A stretch of 64,000 nucleotides of DNA from Lutibacter sp. (GCA_036567345.1 DATCUQ010000020.1:48742-112741); one strand, 5' to 3'. Shown: positions 27,329-37,480, counted from the first letter of the stretch. Made by a program: numbers and translations. The notes: generated by a model not told the origin, from the sequence alone.

Positions 27329-27664
27329 TTATACTAACTCTTTAAACGGATCCCAAAAAACTTGATTGAAGTTCTGGATTTGATTTTCTATCACAACAAT
27401 TCCTTCATTTTCAAGTAGTTGTTGCATTAAATTGGTGCCGTCAAAATGGAATTTTCCGGTTAACAATCCGTTTCTGTTTACAACCCTGTGTGCAGGAATA
27501 TCCGCATTATTGTGAGAAGCATTCATCGCCCAGCCTACCATGCGTGCCGATTTGGCCGTACCGAGATATTTTGCGATGGCGCCATAGCTGGTAACCCGGC
27601 CAAAAGGAATTTGTTTTGCAATTTCATACACTTTTTCAAAAAAATTACCGGAAGTTTCCATCAA
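27329..27664 (-). CDS. alkyltransferase-like protein (MGMT DNA-binding domain lacking the acceptor Cys)
   Basis: IPAHRVVNRNG replaces the canonical PCHR(V/I). 111 aa, a single domain. Confidence 0.8.
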   Translation of the reverse strand: MMETSGNFFEKVYEIAKQIPFGRVTSYGAIAKYLGTAKSARMVGWAMNASHNNADIPAHRVVNRNGLLTGKFHFDGTNLMQQLLENEGIVVIENQIQNFNQVFWDPFKELV

Positions 27665-27683
27665 TCAAAAAAGTTAAAAGTAG

Positions 27684-27703
27684 GGACAGGTCGCGACCTG
27701 TCC
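27684..27703. repeat. perfect 20-bp GC-rich palindrome
   Basis: GGACAGGTCGCGACCTGTCC in an AT-rich spacer upstream of the ATL gene. Confidence 0.7.
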
Positions 27704-27770
27704 GTTCTAAAAGTTATTTGTTGTTTGTTATTTGTTTAATTTTTTAACGTATAACGTATAACATTTTTTT

Positions 27771-27797
27771 AATTCCCCCTTCGGGGGCTAGGGGGCT
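27771..27797. repeat. GC-rich hairpin element (CCCCC-GAAG-GGGGG type)
   Basis: AATTCCCCCTTCGGGGGCTAGGGGGCT. Its reverse complement matches 40978-41004 at 25 of 27 positions by eye. It abuts the trmB stop codon. Confidence 0.75.
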
Positions 27798-28469
27798 TTA
27801 ATATCGAAGCCTGAATTTTATGTAAGTTATCGGTTTTCCTATTTCCAAATACTGACTTTCATAAAAAGTCTGGGTTGAAGTCACTTCTTCTGGCGCATGG
27901 TAATTTTTATATATATCGTGGTGTGCGTAAATAATTTCATGTCCTTCGCCGTGAAGCAAACCCAACGTGTAACCGTGCATAAATTCACTGTCTGTTTTTA
28001 AATGAACAATGCCTTCAGGTTTTAAAATATGACGGTATTTTTTTAAAAACTCCGTATTGGTGAGTCGGTGTTTGGTTCGCGTGTATTTAATTTGCGGATC
28101 GGGAAAAGTGATCCATATTTCGGCAACTTCGTGTTGGTTAAAAAGCAAGTCAATAAGCTCAATTTGGGATCTTAAAAAAGCCACGTTGGTTAAATTTTCT
28201 TCCAAAGCTATTTTGGCGCCGCGCCAAAAACGCGCTCCTTTTATGTCAACGCCAATATAATTGATGTTCGGATTTTTGCGGGCAAGCGCAATGGTGTATT
28301 CGCCTTTTCCGCAGCCCAATTCAAGCACAATGGGATTGCTGTTGTTAAAAAGTGTGTGCCAATTTCCTTTTTGGGAGAAACCATCAATAACTTCTTTTCG
28401 TGTTGGTTGAATGACATTGGAAAATGTTTCGTTTTCACGAAATCTTTTGAGTTTATTTTTGCTTCCCAC
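27798..28469 (-). CDS. trmB: tRNA (guanine46-N7)-methyltransferase
   Basis: VLELGCGKGEYT SAM motif. 223 aa. Confidence 0.9.
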   Translation of the reverse strand: MGSKNKLKRFRENETFSNVIQPTRKEVIDGFSQKGNWHTLFNNSNPIVLELGCGKGEYTIALARKNPNINYIGVDIKGARFWRGAKIALEENLTNVAFLRSQIELIDLLFNQHEVAEIWITFPDPQIKYTRTKHRLTNTEFLKKYRHILKPEGIVHLKTDSEFMHGYTLGLLHGEGHEIIYAHHDIYKNYHAPEEVTSTQTFYESQYLEIGKPITYIKFRLRY

Positions 28470-28525
28470 AGGATTTGCGTTTCGTTAAAAAAAGGAAAAA
28501 ATATTAAATGAATTTAAATAAGAAA

Positions 28526-28723
28526 TTATTCGTTTCCTGCTTTTTTGTATTTTTTTAACTGTCCTAACCAGTAGAATAAAGCAATAAATAAAATGACAAC
28601 AAAAATCCAGCTAACGATGTTTTGTAGCCACCAATTGTCCATAGCACGTATGCTATTGTGAGGCGCAAATAAAACATTTTGACAAAATTCACCTATCGCT
28701 CTAAAAATATTGTTTGCAATCAT
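28526..28723 (-). CDS. small membrane protein
   Basis: 65 aa with one clear TM helix (IVSWIFVVILFIALFYWL). Confidence 0.5.
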   Translation of the reverse strand: MIANNIFRAIGEFCQNVLFAPHNSIRAMDNWWLQNIVSWIFVVILFIALFYWLGQLKKYKKAGNE

Positions 28724-28763
28724 AACTTATTTATATTTACAGGCAAAAGTATAAAATATAGTA

Positions 28764-29687
28764 ATGATAGCAAATTTTTTCAATAAAACTAAACCGGCAA
28801 CTATTTTTATTATAGCCGCGCTGCTGTTTGTCTATTATTTTACGGCCACTTTTTTGCTTCATTCTGCTGAACTTTCCATCCAATTTTTGATTAAAAGAAT
28901 TGGTTTTTTCATTTGGCTTGGCTTATTTCTGCTGATTGTAAATTTTATTGTTAGAAAAAACAAGCTAACAAAAGACAATTTATACGCATTACTTTTAATT
29001 GTTTTTTTGTTGGGAACTTTTCCTGAAGCAATGTTCTCCTATTCCATTGTTTTGGCAAATATGGCCTTGATTTTTGGTTTTAGGAAAATTTACAGTTTAA
29101 GATCTGGGCTCGACACCAAATTGAAGCTTTTTGATGCCTGTTTTTGGATCGGCATTGCTACAATAATTTATTCGTGGAGTATTTTTTATTTGTTATTGGT
29201 GTACGTTGCCATGATTATACATCAAAAGCTCACCATTAAAAATTTATTTATTCCTATTGTTGGTTTTGTGGCGCCTATGCTGATTTATTTTACGTATTGC
29301 CTTTATTTTGAAGATGCCGCTTTTTTTTACAATAAGTTTAATTATGGAATTAACTTGGATTTTAGTTCTTATGCTTCATTAAAACTAGTAATTCCAGTGA
29401 TATTTTTGTCGATGGTTTTGTTGTGGAGTCTTGTGAAGGTAACGCCCAAAGTTGTTTCTGTAAGAAATAATTTTAAATTTTCTTGGGATATATTGATCAA
29501 TCATTTGTTAATTTCGGCGGTAATCGTTCTTTTGGCGCCAACTAAAAATGGTTCGGAATTATTTTTTCTTATTTTTCCTTCCGCAGTGATCATTTCAAAT
29601 TTAGTGCAGCTCACCAAATCTAAAATTTTTAGAAATTTGATTTTATATGTTTTTTTGCTGATTTCGGTTTTTGTCTATTTTTTATAG
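28764..29687 (+). CDS. polytopic membrane protein of unknown function
   Basis: 307 aa with ~8 hydrophobic segments. Confidence 0.65.
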   Translation: MIANFFNKTKPATIFIIAALLFVYYFTATFLLHSAELSIQFLIKRIGFFIWLGLFLLIVNFIVRKNKLTKDNLYALLLIVFLLGTFPEAMFSYSIVLANMALIFGFRKIYSLRSGLDTKLKLFDACFWIGIATIIYSWSIFYLLLVYVAMIIHQKLTIKNLFIPIVGFVAPMLIYFTYCLYFEDAAFFYNKFNYGINLDFSSYASLKLVIPVIFLSMVLLWSLVKVTPKVVSVRNNFKFSWDILINHLLISAVIVLLAPTKNGSELFFLIFPSAVIISNLVQLTKSKIFRNLILYVFLLISVFVYFL

Positions 29688-30332
29688 CTTAATCCCAAAA
29701 GACAAATCTCCTGCATCGCCCAAACCGGGAACAATGTAACCTTTTTCGTTTAAATGTTCATCAACTGTGGCAATCCATAATTTGGTGGTTGGCGGAAAAT
29801 GATTTTTAATGTATTCAATGCCTTCTTTTGCGCCAATCACGCAGGCCAAATGAATTTTTTTTGGCGTTCCATGTTTTTTCAATCCTTCATAAACGGTTGC
29901 CAAAGATTGTCCGGTTGCCAACATTGGGTCGGCTAAAATTAACGTTTTTCCGTCTAAATTTGGGGAAGCAAAATATTCCACTTTAATTTCAAATTCGGTT
30001 TCGGTAATGTGTTTTCTATAGGCAGAAATGAATGCATTTTCCGCATCGTCAAAAAAGTTTAAAAGTCCGCTGTGCAAAGGCAAACCAGCCCTTAAAATTG
30101 AACAGACCACAATGTCTTTTTGCGGAACGGACACAATTTTAGTGCCTAAAGGCGTTGAGACAATTTTGTTTTGAAAATCTAACGTTTGACTTATTTCATA
30201 AGCAATAATTTCACCAATTCTTTCAATATTTCGTCGAAATCGCATACTGTCTTTTTGAATTTCGGCATCTCTAATTTCAGAGATAAATTTATTTAATATT
30301 GAATTTTTTTGATCTAAAACGTTGACAATCAT
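29682..30332 (-). CDS. upp: uracil phosphoribosyltransferase
   Basis: ILRAGLPL and LILADPMLATG PRPP motifs. Confidence 0.92.
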   Translation of the reverse strand: MIVNVLDQKNSILNKFISEIRDAEIQKDSMRFRRNIERIGEIIAYEISQTLDFQNKIVSTPLGTKIVSVPQKDIVVCSILRAGLPLHSGLLNFFDDAENAFISAYRKHITETEFEIKVEYFASPNLDGKTLILADPMLATGQSLATVYEGLKKHGTPKKIHLACVIGAKEGIEYIKNHFPPTTKLWIATVDEHLNEKGYIVPGLGDAGDLSFGIKL

Positions 30333-30427
30333 AAGAGCTTATTTGTCACAAAAATAAGCTATAATAATGATAAAATAGGCAAGTTTGCAGGTAAATTTTA
30401 GAAAATGAAAATGGCGTGAATTAGCCA

Positions 30428-31504
30428 TTAATTTAAAGTATCCAAAACTTTTTTGATGATGGTTTTTGGCGAAATGCTTCGCATAACATTTTCATAGCCC
30501 TCGCAAACTTTATTGCCATAAATGGAACAGGGAATGTTGGGGTATTTCTTCAAATCGGGTAAAATGGCATTTTCCAAAGGCTGGTTAAAAGGAGCGAAGC
30601 CGGCAAAAGGATGTGTAATTCCCCAAATGGTGATGGTATTTATTCCAAGCATCGCCGCAAAATGCGCGTTTCCAGAATCCATGCTTACCATAAGTTCTAA
30701 ATTTGAAATAAGCGTCAGCTCTTGGTTTAATTTAAGTTTTCCGGCAACATTTAGGGTATTTGGAAACTTTTTCGCCAGGTTTTCCAACAATTCAATTTCT
30801 TTTTTGCCGCCGCCAAAAAGGATTATTTTTATTTGTTTTTGGGACAATTCGGCAATAACTTCCTCCATTAAATCCAATGGATACATTTTAGAATTGTAAG
30901 TTGCAAAAGGCGCAATGCCAATCCATTTTGTGCTTTTTACACCAGTAATTTCAAGAATTTCTTCACTTAGTTCTTTTTTCGGCAGAAATTCAGGAGCTGA
31001 AAGGTCCAAATTAAATCCCAAATTTCTAAAAACATCGGCATATCTTTCGTGGGTAGATTTCAGTTGTTTAAAAACCTTATTTTTAGATTGTGTCAATGCA
31101 CGCTTTTCACTTCGGCCTTTATCGACAAAAGCCACTTTAGCCGATGCAAGTTTAAAAAAAGTTCTTAAAATTTTGGAACGCAAAACGTTGTGCAAATCGG
31201 CTACGGCATCTATATTTAACGATTTTAATTCCTTGAAAAGTTTATAAATTCCGAAAAAACCTTTGTGTTTTCGGTCAACTTCTGCAGCATAAAAAGCCAC
31301 ATTATTCAGTCCGTCAAACAACGGTTTCAAAAATGGTTTTGAAAGCACTGTAATTTTTACGCTTGGATATTGTTTTTCCAAAGCCATTAAAACAGGAACT
31401 GCCATGGCAACATCGCCCATAGCCGAAAGCCGGATAACTAATAAATGCTGTGTTTTTGTCAAAATAAATTTGAATTGTTGGTTATTGCAAACAAAAGTAC
31501 ACAA
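30428..31504 (-). CDS. glycosyltransferase family 9 (heptosyltransferase-like)
   Basis: LLVIRLSAMGDVAM N-terminal motif. The start is uncertain: TTG at 31504 or TTG at 31462. Confidence 0.8.
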   Translation of the reverse strand: MCTFVCNNQQFKFILTKTQHLLVIRLSAMGDVAMAVPVLMALEKQYPSVKITVLSKPFLKPLFDGLNNVAFYAAEVDRKHKGFFGIYKLFKELKSLNIDAVADLHNVLRSKILRTFFKLASAKVAFVDKGRSEKRALTQSKNKVFKQLKSTHERYADVFRNLGFNLDLSAPEFLPKKELSEEILEITGVKSTKWIGIAPFATYNSKMYPLDLMEEVIAELSQKQIKIILFGGGKKEIELLENLAKKFPNTLNVAGKLKLNQELTLISNLELMVSMDSGNAHFAAMLGINTITIWGITHPFAGFAPFNQPLENAILPDLKKYPNIPCSIYGNKVCEGYENVMRSISPKTIIKKVLDTLN

Positions 31505-31570
31505 TAGTTTTAGTACAAAAAATACCTGCCAATTAGTATTAAAAATTAATATTACAAACCATAAAATGCG

Positions 31571-31578
31571 TAAATTTG
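31571..31578 (+). promoter_or_regulatory. Bacteroidetes -7 box (TAAATTTG) upstream of yicC
   Basis: 18 nt before the ATG at 31597. Confidence 0.45.
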
Positions 31579-31596
31579 TTTAAATTTTAAGATTAA

Positions 31597-32454
31597 ATGA
31601 TACATTCAATGACCGGTTACGGTAAAACCGTACTGCAGCTTCCTACAAAAAAAATTACGATTGAATTGAAATCGTTAAACAGCAAAAACTTAGATTTAAA
31701 TGTTCGCGTTCCTGGCTACTACAGAGAAAAGGAGCTGGATATTCGCAAACAACTGGCTACAGAACTGGTTAGGGGAAAAATAGATTTCTCCATTTATATT
31801 GAAGAAAATGGAGGGGAATTTTCTTCGAAAATAAATGAAAAAATGGTGAAAGAGTATATGACCCAATTGAGAGGTATTGTGGATTCTGATGAAATTGAAT
31901 TGCTGAAAATGGCCATTCGCCTTCCCGATGCTTTTAAATCGCAAAGAGAAGAATTGGATGAGCAGGAATGGAATCAAATTGAGAATGGCATACTTGAAAC
32001 CATTGAAAAAATAAATGAATACCGTATTGACGAGGGAAAAGCGCTGCATGCCGATTTTGTGTTGCGAATTTCCATTATTGAAATATTGCTGGAAAGAGTT
32101 GTGGAAATGGATCCGTTGCGCATTGAACAGGTTAAGGACAAACTTAGAAAATCAATTGCCGAACTGGAAACAAAAATTGACGAGAGCAGGTTTGAGCAGG
32201 AACTTATTTACTACATTGAAAAACTCGACATTACCGAAGAAAAAGTGCGTTTAAAAAATCATTTGGAATATTTTATCAAAGAGCTGAATGAAGATGTTTC
32301 AAACGGCAAAAAATTGGCGTTTATTACCCAGGAAATTGGCAGGGAAATTAATACCATCGGTTCAAAATCTAATTTGGCCAATATGCAAAAATTGGTTGTT
32401 CAAATGAAAGATGAGCTTGAAAAAATTAAAGAGCAAAACTTAAATGTATTGTAA
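31597..32454 (+). CDS. yicC: YicC family stress-induced protein
   Basis: MIHSMTGYGK N-terminus. 285 aa. Confidence 0.85.
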   Translation: MIHSMTGYGKTVLQLPTKKITIELKSLNSKNLDLNVRVPGYYREKELDIRKQLATELVRGKIDFSIYIEENGGEFSSKINEKMVKEYMTQLRGIVDSDEIELLKMAIRLPDAFKSQREELDEQEWNQIENGILETIEKINEYRIDEGKALHADFVLRISIIEILLERVVEMDPLRIEQVKDKLRKSIAELETKIDESRFEQELIYYIEKLDITEEKVRLKNHLEYFIKELNEDVSNGKKLAFITQEIGREINTIGSKSNLANMQKLVVQMKDELEKIKEQNLNVL

Positions 32455-32492
32455 TAAAAAGGGAACATCAACCATTTATAAATTTTAAAGCA

Positions 32493-33065
32493 GTGAAAAA
32501 AGAGGGAAAACTCATTGTTTTTTCGGCACCTTCAGGCTCTGGTAAAACGACTATTGTACACCATTTATTAAGAAAATCTGAATTAAATTTAGATTTCTCC
32601 ATTTCGGCAACGTCACGTGAAAAAAGAGGAAAGGAAATAGAGGGAAAAGACTATTATTTTCTGTCCTTAAAAGAATTCCAAAAACATGTGGAAAAAGGCG
32701 ATTTTATTGAATGGGAAGAGGTTTACGAAAATAATTATTACGGCACATTAAAAAAGGAAGTTGAACGTATTTGGGCATCGGGAAAAAATGTAATTTTTGA
32801 CATTGATGTGGTTGGAGGGCTAAGCATTAAACATAAATTTCCTGAGCAAACACTGGCTATTTTTGTGCAAAGTCCGTCAATTGATGAAATGGAGCGCCGC
32901 CTTAGACACCGGAACACAGATTGTGAAGAAAAAATTAAAGAACGTGTGGCAAAAGCTGAAAAAGAGCTAAAATTCGCCAAAGATTTCGATATTATTTTGG
33001 TGAATGACAATTTGGAAAAAGCGCAAGATGAAGCCTATAATTTGGTGAAAAAGTTTTTGGAGTAG
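32493..33065 (+). CDS. gmk: guanylate kinase
   Basis: SAPSGSGKTT P-loop, with a GTG start. Confidence 0.92.
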   Translation: MKKEGKLIVFSAPSGSGKTTIVHHLLRKSELNLDFSISATSREKRGKEIEGKDYYFLSLKEFQKHVEKGDFIEWEEVYENNYYGTLKKEVERIWASGKNVIFDIDVVGGLSIKHKFPEQTLAIFVQSPSIDEMERRLRHRNTDCEEKIKERVAKAEKELKFAKDFDIILVNDNLEKAQDEAYNLVKKFLE

Positions 33066-33083
33066 ATGTGCGATTTATTATCC

Positions 33084-33116
33084 TATCCCCAGCCCTTTCC
33101 GAAGGAAAGGGAGTTT
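33084..33116. repeat. GC-rich hairpin element (CCCTTTCC-GAA-GGAAAGGG)
   Basis: TATCCCCAGCCCTTTCCGAAGGAAAGGGAG, just after the gmk stop. It has the same C-box + hairpin architecture as the other elements. Confidence 0.6.
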
Positions 33117-33155
33117 GATATGGGTACAAAAAGAAATTTATAACTTCAAACTTAA

Positions 33156-33737
33156 ATGAAAATCGGATTATTTTTTGGCACTTTTAACCCAATTCATATC
33201 GGGCATATGATTATTGCCAATTATATGGTTGAATTTTCTGATTTGGAGGAAGTTTGGTTTGTGGTAACGCCAAGAAGTCCGTTTAAACTAAAAGAAACGC
33301 TGTTAAGCAACCATCACCGGTTGGCCATCGCAAATATTGCCGTTGAAAATTATCCGAAATTAAAAACATCTGATGTTGAATTTAATCTTCCGCAGCCAAA
33401 TTACACCATAAACACGCTTGTTCATATTGAAGAGAAATTCCCGAATCATCAATTTTGTTTGCTGTTGGGCGAAGATAATTTGAAAGGATTTCAGAAATGG
33501 AAAAATTTCGAAACCATCCTAAAAAATTACGAGTTGTACGTTTATCCAAGAATTTCTGAAGAAAAAGTTGCGCCCGAATTTTTAAATCATCCTAAAATTC
33601 ATCGTGTAAATGCACCAATCGTTCAAATTTCATCTACATTTATCAGAAATGCGATTAAAGACAAAAAAGACATCAGCACCATGCTGCCATTTAATGTTTG
33701 GAAATATATTGATGAAATGAACTTTTATAAATCATAA
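33156..33737 (+). CDS. nadD: nicotinate-nucleotide adenylyltransferase
   Basis: GTFNPIHIGH motif. Confidence 0.9.
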   Translation: MKIGLFFGTFNPIHIGHMIIANYMVEFSDLEEVWFVVTPRSPFKLKETLLSNHHRLAIANIAVENYPKLKTSDVEFNLPQPNYTINTLVHIEEKFPNHQFCLLLGEDNLKGFQKWKNFETILKNYELYVYPRISEEKVAPEFLNHPKIHRVNAPIVQISSTFIRNAIKDKKDISTMLPFNVWKYIDEMNFYKS

Positions 33738-33821
33738 CTTTATAAAAGTTTTAACACTTCTAAATAAGTAGTTTAATATTAATTATATAAAATTCGCTTT
33801 TATATTTTTTGAAGCAGCATT

Positions 33822-34691
33822 ATGGCAAAAAAACTTAGAAAAAGGGTCAGATTCAAACAGAAATTAATTAATAAATACCGTTTGGTTATTTTAAATGAGG
33901 ATACTTTTGAAGAAAAATTATCATTTAAATTAACAATAATGAATGTGTTTGTTTTTGGAACTTTATTTTCTGTTCTGTTAATTGTTGGCACCATTTTTTT
34001 AATTTCATTTACTTCTTTAAGAGAATACATTCCGGGATATTCTTCCACCAAATTAAAAAGAGAGGCCACGCAGTTGGTGTATAAAGCAGATTCCTTGAAT
34101 CAGGTATTGGAAATGAACAATCTCTACATTCAAAAAGTAAAGGAGTTATTAACAGGCAAAATTACGGAAGTTCAGTTCGACAAGGATTCGGTCTTAAATG
34201 CCATGAAATTTGATAAAGATTCTATGAATTTTAGTCCTTCAGACATTGATTTGGAATTTAGGCTGGATGTTGAAAGTACCGACAGATTTAGTGTTTTTAG
34301 GGAAGCAATAAAAAGTGCCGATGTTGTCTTTTTTTCGCCAGTTAAAGGAATTGTGACCGATGGATACAGTCTTAAAAATAAACATTTTGCCATTGATATT
34401 GCTGTTGAAAAGGGAACTCCGGTAAAATCTGTAGCCGACGGAACGGTAATTTTTGCCGAATGGACCGCTGAAACCGGCCATGTGATTATTGTTGAGCACA
34501 GCGCCGGATTTATTTCCATTTACAAGCACAATACTTCTTTGCACAAGGAGCAAGGAGATTTGGTGAAATCGGGGGAAGTGATTGCTTCGGCAGGAGATAC
34601 AGGTGAATTTAGCACTGGACCGCACCTGCATTTTGAATTATGGAATGAAGGATATCCGGTGAATCCGGTTAATTATATCGATTTTGAATAG
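33822..34691 (+). CDS. M23 family metallopeptidase, membrane anchored
   Basis: HFAIDIA...GHVIIVEH...GDTGEFSTGPHLHFELW. Confidence 0.85.
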   Translation: MAKKLRKRVRFKQKLINKYRLVILNEDTFEEKLSFKLTIMNVFVFGTLFSVLLIVGTIFLISFTSLREYIPGYSSTKLKREATQLVYKADSLNQVLEMNNLYIQKVKELLTGKITEVQFDKDSVLNAMKFDKDSMNFSPSDIDLEFRLDVESTDRFSVFREAIKSADVVFFSPVKGIVTDGYSLKNKHFAIDIAVEKGTPVKSVADGTVIFAEWTAETGHVIIVEHSAGFISIYKHNTSLHKEQGDLVKSGEVIASAGDTGEFSTGPHLHFELWNEGYPVNPVNYIDFE

Positions 34692-34692
34692 T

Positions 34693-36189
34693 ATGAACAT
34701 AAAATCAATTTTAGCAAAACCATTTGCAAAACGCATTGCAGCAAGAATATATAAACAAAGCAAAAATGCGGTAAAAGTGCAGCAAAATGTTTTTAAAAAC
34801 TTAATTGCCCAGGCGCAAAACACCACTTTTGGCAAAGACCATAATTTTAGTGAAATTAAGTCTTACGAAGATTTTAAAAAGCAAGTTCCCATTCGGGATT
34901 ATGAGGCGTTGAAACCTTATATTGAAAAGGTTATTGCAGGTGAATCGGATGTTTTGTGGAAAGGAAAACCAATTTATTTCGCAAAAACTTCTGGCACCAC
35001 CTCGGGCGTAAAATACATTCCGCTCACCAAAGAATCGATGCCCATGCACATCAGCGCGGCGCGAAATGCCTTGTTGCTGTATATTGCCGAAACCAAAAAA
35101 GCCGATTTTGTCAACGGAAAAATGATTTTTTTGCAGGGAAGTCCGGAATTGGATGAAAAAAATGGCATCAAAACAGGACGGCTTTCGGGTATTGCCGCAC
35201 ATTATGTTCCTAAATATTTAACCAAAAACCGATTGCCGAGTTGGGAAACCAATTGCATAGAAGACTGGGAAACCAAAATTGAAGCGATTGTTGATGAAAC
35301 CATCAATGAAAATATGACATTGATTAGCGGAATTCCTTCCTGGGTGCAAATGTATTTTGAAAAACTGGTGGAACGCACCGGAAAAAAAGTGGGCGATATT
35401 TTCCCAAATTTCAACCTGTTTGTATATGGCGGCGTAAATTTTGAGCCATATCGCAACAAGTTTGAAGATTTAATCGGAAGAAAAGTGGATACGATTGAGT
35501 TGTTTCCGGCTTCCGAAGGATTTTTCGCCTATCAGGATTCCCAAAATGAAAAAGGAATGTTGTTGCTGGTTGATAACGGAATGTTTTATGAATTTATTCC
35601 TTCCGAAGAATTTTTTCATGAAAATCCTACCCGAATTTCTTTGGCTGATGTTAAAATTGGTGTCAATTATGTACTTATTTTAAACACCAATGCCGGACTT
35701 TGGGGTTACGATATTGGCGACACTGTTGAGTTTGTTTCCATAAATCCGCCAAGAATTAAAGTTACGGGAAGAATCAAACATTTTATTTCTGCATTTGGCG
35801 AACACGTGATTGGCAGTGAAGTGGAAAATGCCATAAATAGCCAAACCGCAGGAACAACTATTGCCATCAATGAATTTACGGTCGCTCCGCAAATTACGCC
35901 AGAAAACGGATTGCCTTATCACGAATGGTTTATTGAATTTGACAGCAAGCCAGAAGATTTAGACGATTTTGCGATTAAAATTGATGCTGCTTTGCAACAG
36001 CAAAACAGTTATTATTTTGATTTAATCAACGGAAAAATATTGAGGCCTTTAAAAATTACTTTGATTGAAAAAGGCGGATTTAATAAATATATGAAGTCGA
36101 TTGGTAAATTGGGCGGACAAAATAAAGTGCCTCGCTTGTCCAACGACCGAAAAATTGCGGACGAACTTTTAAAATTTGAAGAAAAATGA
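34693..36189 (+). CDS. GH3 (auxin-responsive promoter) family acyl-adenylate-forming protein
   Basis: AKTSGTTSG nucleotide-binding motif. The ATG at 34693 follows the upstream stop; the track TTG is at 34684. Confidence 0.85.
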   Translation: MNIKSILAKPFAKRIAARIYKQSKNAVKVQQNVFKNLIAQAQNTTFGKDHNFSEIKSYEDFKKQVPIRDYEALKPYIEKVIAGESDVLWKGKPIYFAKTSGTTSGVKYIPLTKESMPMHISAARNALLLYIAETKKADFVNGKMIFLQGSPELDEKNGIKTGRLSGIAAHYVPKYLTKNRLPSWETNCIEDWETKIEAIVDETINENMTLISGIPSWVQMYFEKLVERTGKKVGDIFPNFNLFVYGGVNFEPYRNKFEDLIGRKVDTIELFPASEGFFAYQDSQNEKGMLLLVDNGMFYEFIPSEEFFHENPTRISLADVKIGVNYVLILNTNAGLWGYDIGDTVEFVSINPPRIKVTGRIKHFISAFGEHVIGSEVENAINSQTAGTTIAINEFTVAPQITPENGLPYHEWFIEFDSKPEDLDDFAIKIDAALQQQNSYYFDLINGKILRPLKITLIEKGGFNKYMKSIGKLGGQNKVPRLSNDRKIADELLKFEEK

Positions 36190-36728
36190 AAGTAATTTCT
36201 GTAAATCTTGGCGAGCGAAAAGTACTGAATTACAAAGGAAAAATTGTGGAAACCGGTATTTTTAAGTATCCTGTAAATCAACCAATTTTTTTGGGAACGG
36301 AGGATGTTGAAAACGATGCGGTCATCGACAGAAAATATCACGGCGGAATTGAGAAAGCGGTTTATGGGTATTCCCAAAATCATTATGAATATTGGAAGGG
36401 ATTATATCCGAATTTAGACTGGAATTATGGGATGTTTGGCGAGAATTTAACCATTTCAGATTTAGAAGAATCCGAAATATTTGTTGGAAATACTTATAAA
36501 TTGGGAGAAGTTTTGTTGGAAGTGACCAAGCCGAGAGAGCCTTGTTATAAATTGGGAATTCGATTTGGAACCCAGAAAATTTTAAAACAATTTTGGAATT
36601 CAACCAAAAGCGGCATTTATTTTAAAGTGCTTCAAACAGGAAATGTTAGCGTTGGCGATGAACTGATTCTTGTTAATAAAGCTGAGAATTCACCAACAAT
36701 AGCCGAAGTTTACGAAACAAAAAAGTAA
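36186..36728 (+). CDS. MOSC domain protein
   Basis: DRKYHGG...KPREPCYKLG pattern. ATGA overlap with the GH3 gene. Confidence 0.8.
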   Translation: MKVISVNLGERKVLNYKGKIVETGIFKYPVNQPIFLGTEDVENDAVIDRKYHGGIEKAVYGYSQNHYEYWKGLYPNLDWNYGMFGENLTISDLEESEIFVGNTYKLGEVLLEVTKPREPCYKLGIRFGTQKILKQFWNSTKSGIYFKVLQTGNVSVGDELILVNKAENSPTIAEVYETKK

Positions 36729-36758
36729 GTAAAAAAAAGGGATTATCTAAAAAGTTGG

Positions 36759-36844
36759 TTTAACAGCAAAGTTCGCAAAGTGTTAACTTATTGAAGCATT
36801 ACTTTGCGTTCCTTGCGAAAAGCTTTGCGTCCCTTGCGGTTAAA
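36759..36844. repeat. inverted array of CGCAAAG-type word repeats
   Basis: TTTAACAGCAAAGTTCGCAAAGTG faces ACTTTGCGTTCCTTGCGAAAAGCTTTGCGTCCCTTGCGGTTAAA. Confidence 0.65.
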
Positions 36845-36894
36845 AAATGAGGGCTTTTAAACAATCTCTATTAATTTATAAAAAGCTAAGTTTT

Positions 36895-37305
36895 TTATTT
36901 TTTTGCCAATAAATCTCTAATTTGAATCAATAATTCTTCTTGAGACGGACCTTTTGGCGCTTCAGGCGCAGGAACTTCTTTCTTTTTCATACGGTTAATT
37001 GCTTTAATCATCATAAACATGACAGCCGCAACAATGATAAAATCGACAAGGTTTGTTAAAAAGTCTCCGTAAAGCACGGCAACTTCACCAACTACTTCTC
37101 CGGTTTCATTGGCAACGCCTTCATTAATAACCCATTTCAGGCCTTTAAAGTCTGATTGAAAAATTAAACCTACCAAAGGTGAAACAATACCGCCGGTAAA
37201 TGATGACACAATTTTGTTGAAAGCGGCACCCATTACAAAACCTACTGCAATGTCAACAAGGTTTCCCTTCATTGCAAATTCCTTGAATTCTTTTAACATT
37301 CCCAT
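36895..37305 (-). CDS. mscL: large-conductance mechanosensitive channel
   Basis: EFKEFAMKGNLVDIAVGFVMGAAF signature. Confidence 0.92.
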   Translation of the reverse strand: MGMLKEFKEFAMKGNLVDIAVGFVMGAAFNKIVSSFTGGIVSPLVGLIFQSDFKGLKWVINEGVANETGEVVGEVAVLYGDFLTNLVDFIIVAAVMFMMIKAINRMKKKEVPAPEAPKGPSQEELLIQIRDLLAKK

Positions 37306-37374
37306 TTTATTAGCATTTTTAGTTAATGATTAGTGTAGCTAATATAATAAAAAAATTAATTCAATTGAAATTCA

Positions 37375-37420
37375 TTTAACCGCAAAGACCGCAAAGAAAA
37401 TACGCGAAGTGCGCAAAAAA
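37375..37420. repeat. CGCAAAG-type word repeat block
   Basis: TTTAACCGCAAAGACCGCAAAGAAAATACGCGAAGTGCGCAAAAAA. Confidence 0.6.
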
Positions 37421-37434
37421 TTTGTCAGTATTTT

Positions 37435-37455
37435 AAAATCGTAAATCAAAAATCG
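37435..37455. repeat. 21-nt exact dispersed repeat
   Basis: AAAATCGTAAATCAAAAATCG, identical to 41028-41048. Confidence 0.85.
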
Positions 37456-37480
37456 GAGATTGTAAATTAATTTGCATTAG

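Noticed and set aside
30522-31247. 125-aa and 110-aa plus-strand ORFs opposite the GT9 gene, and similar antisense ORFs in hmgA, hppD, GH3, M23 and glyQS
   Set aside because: They are antisense shadows of well-supported genes, with low-complexity composition and no independent evidence.
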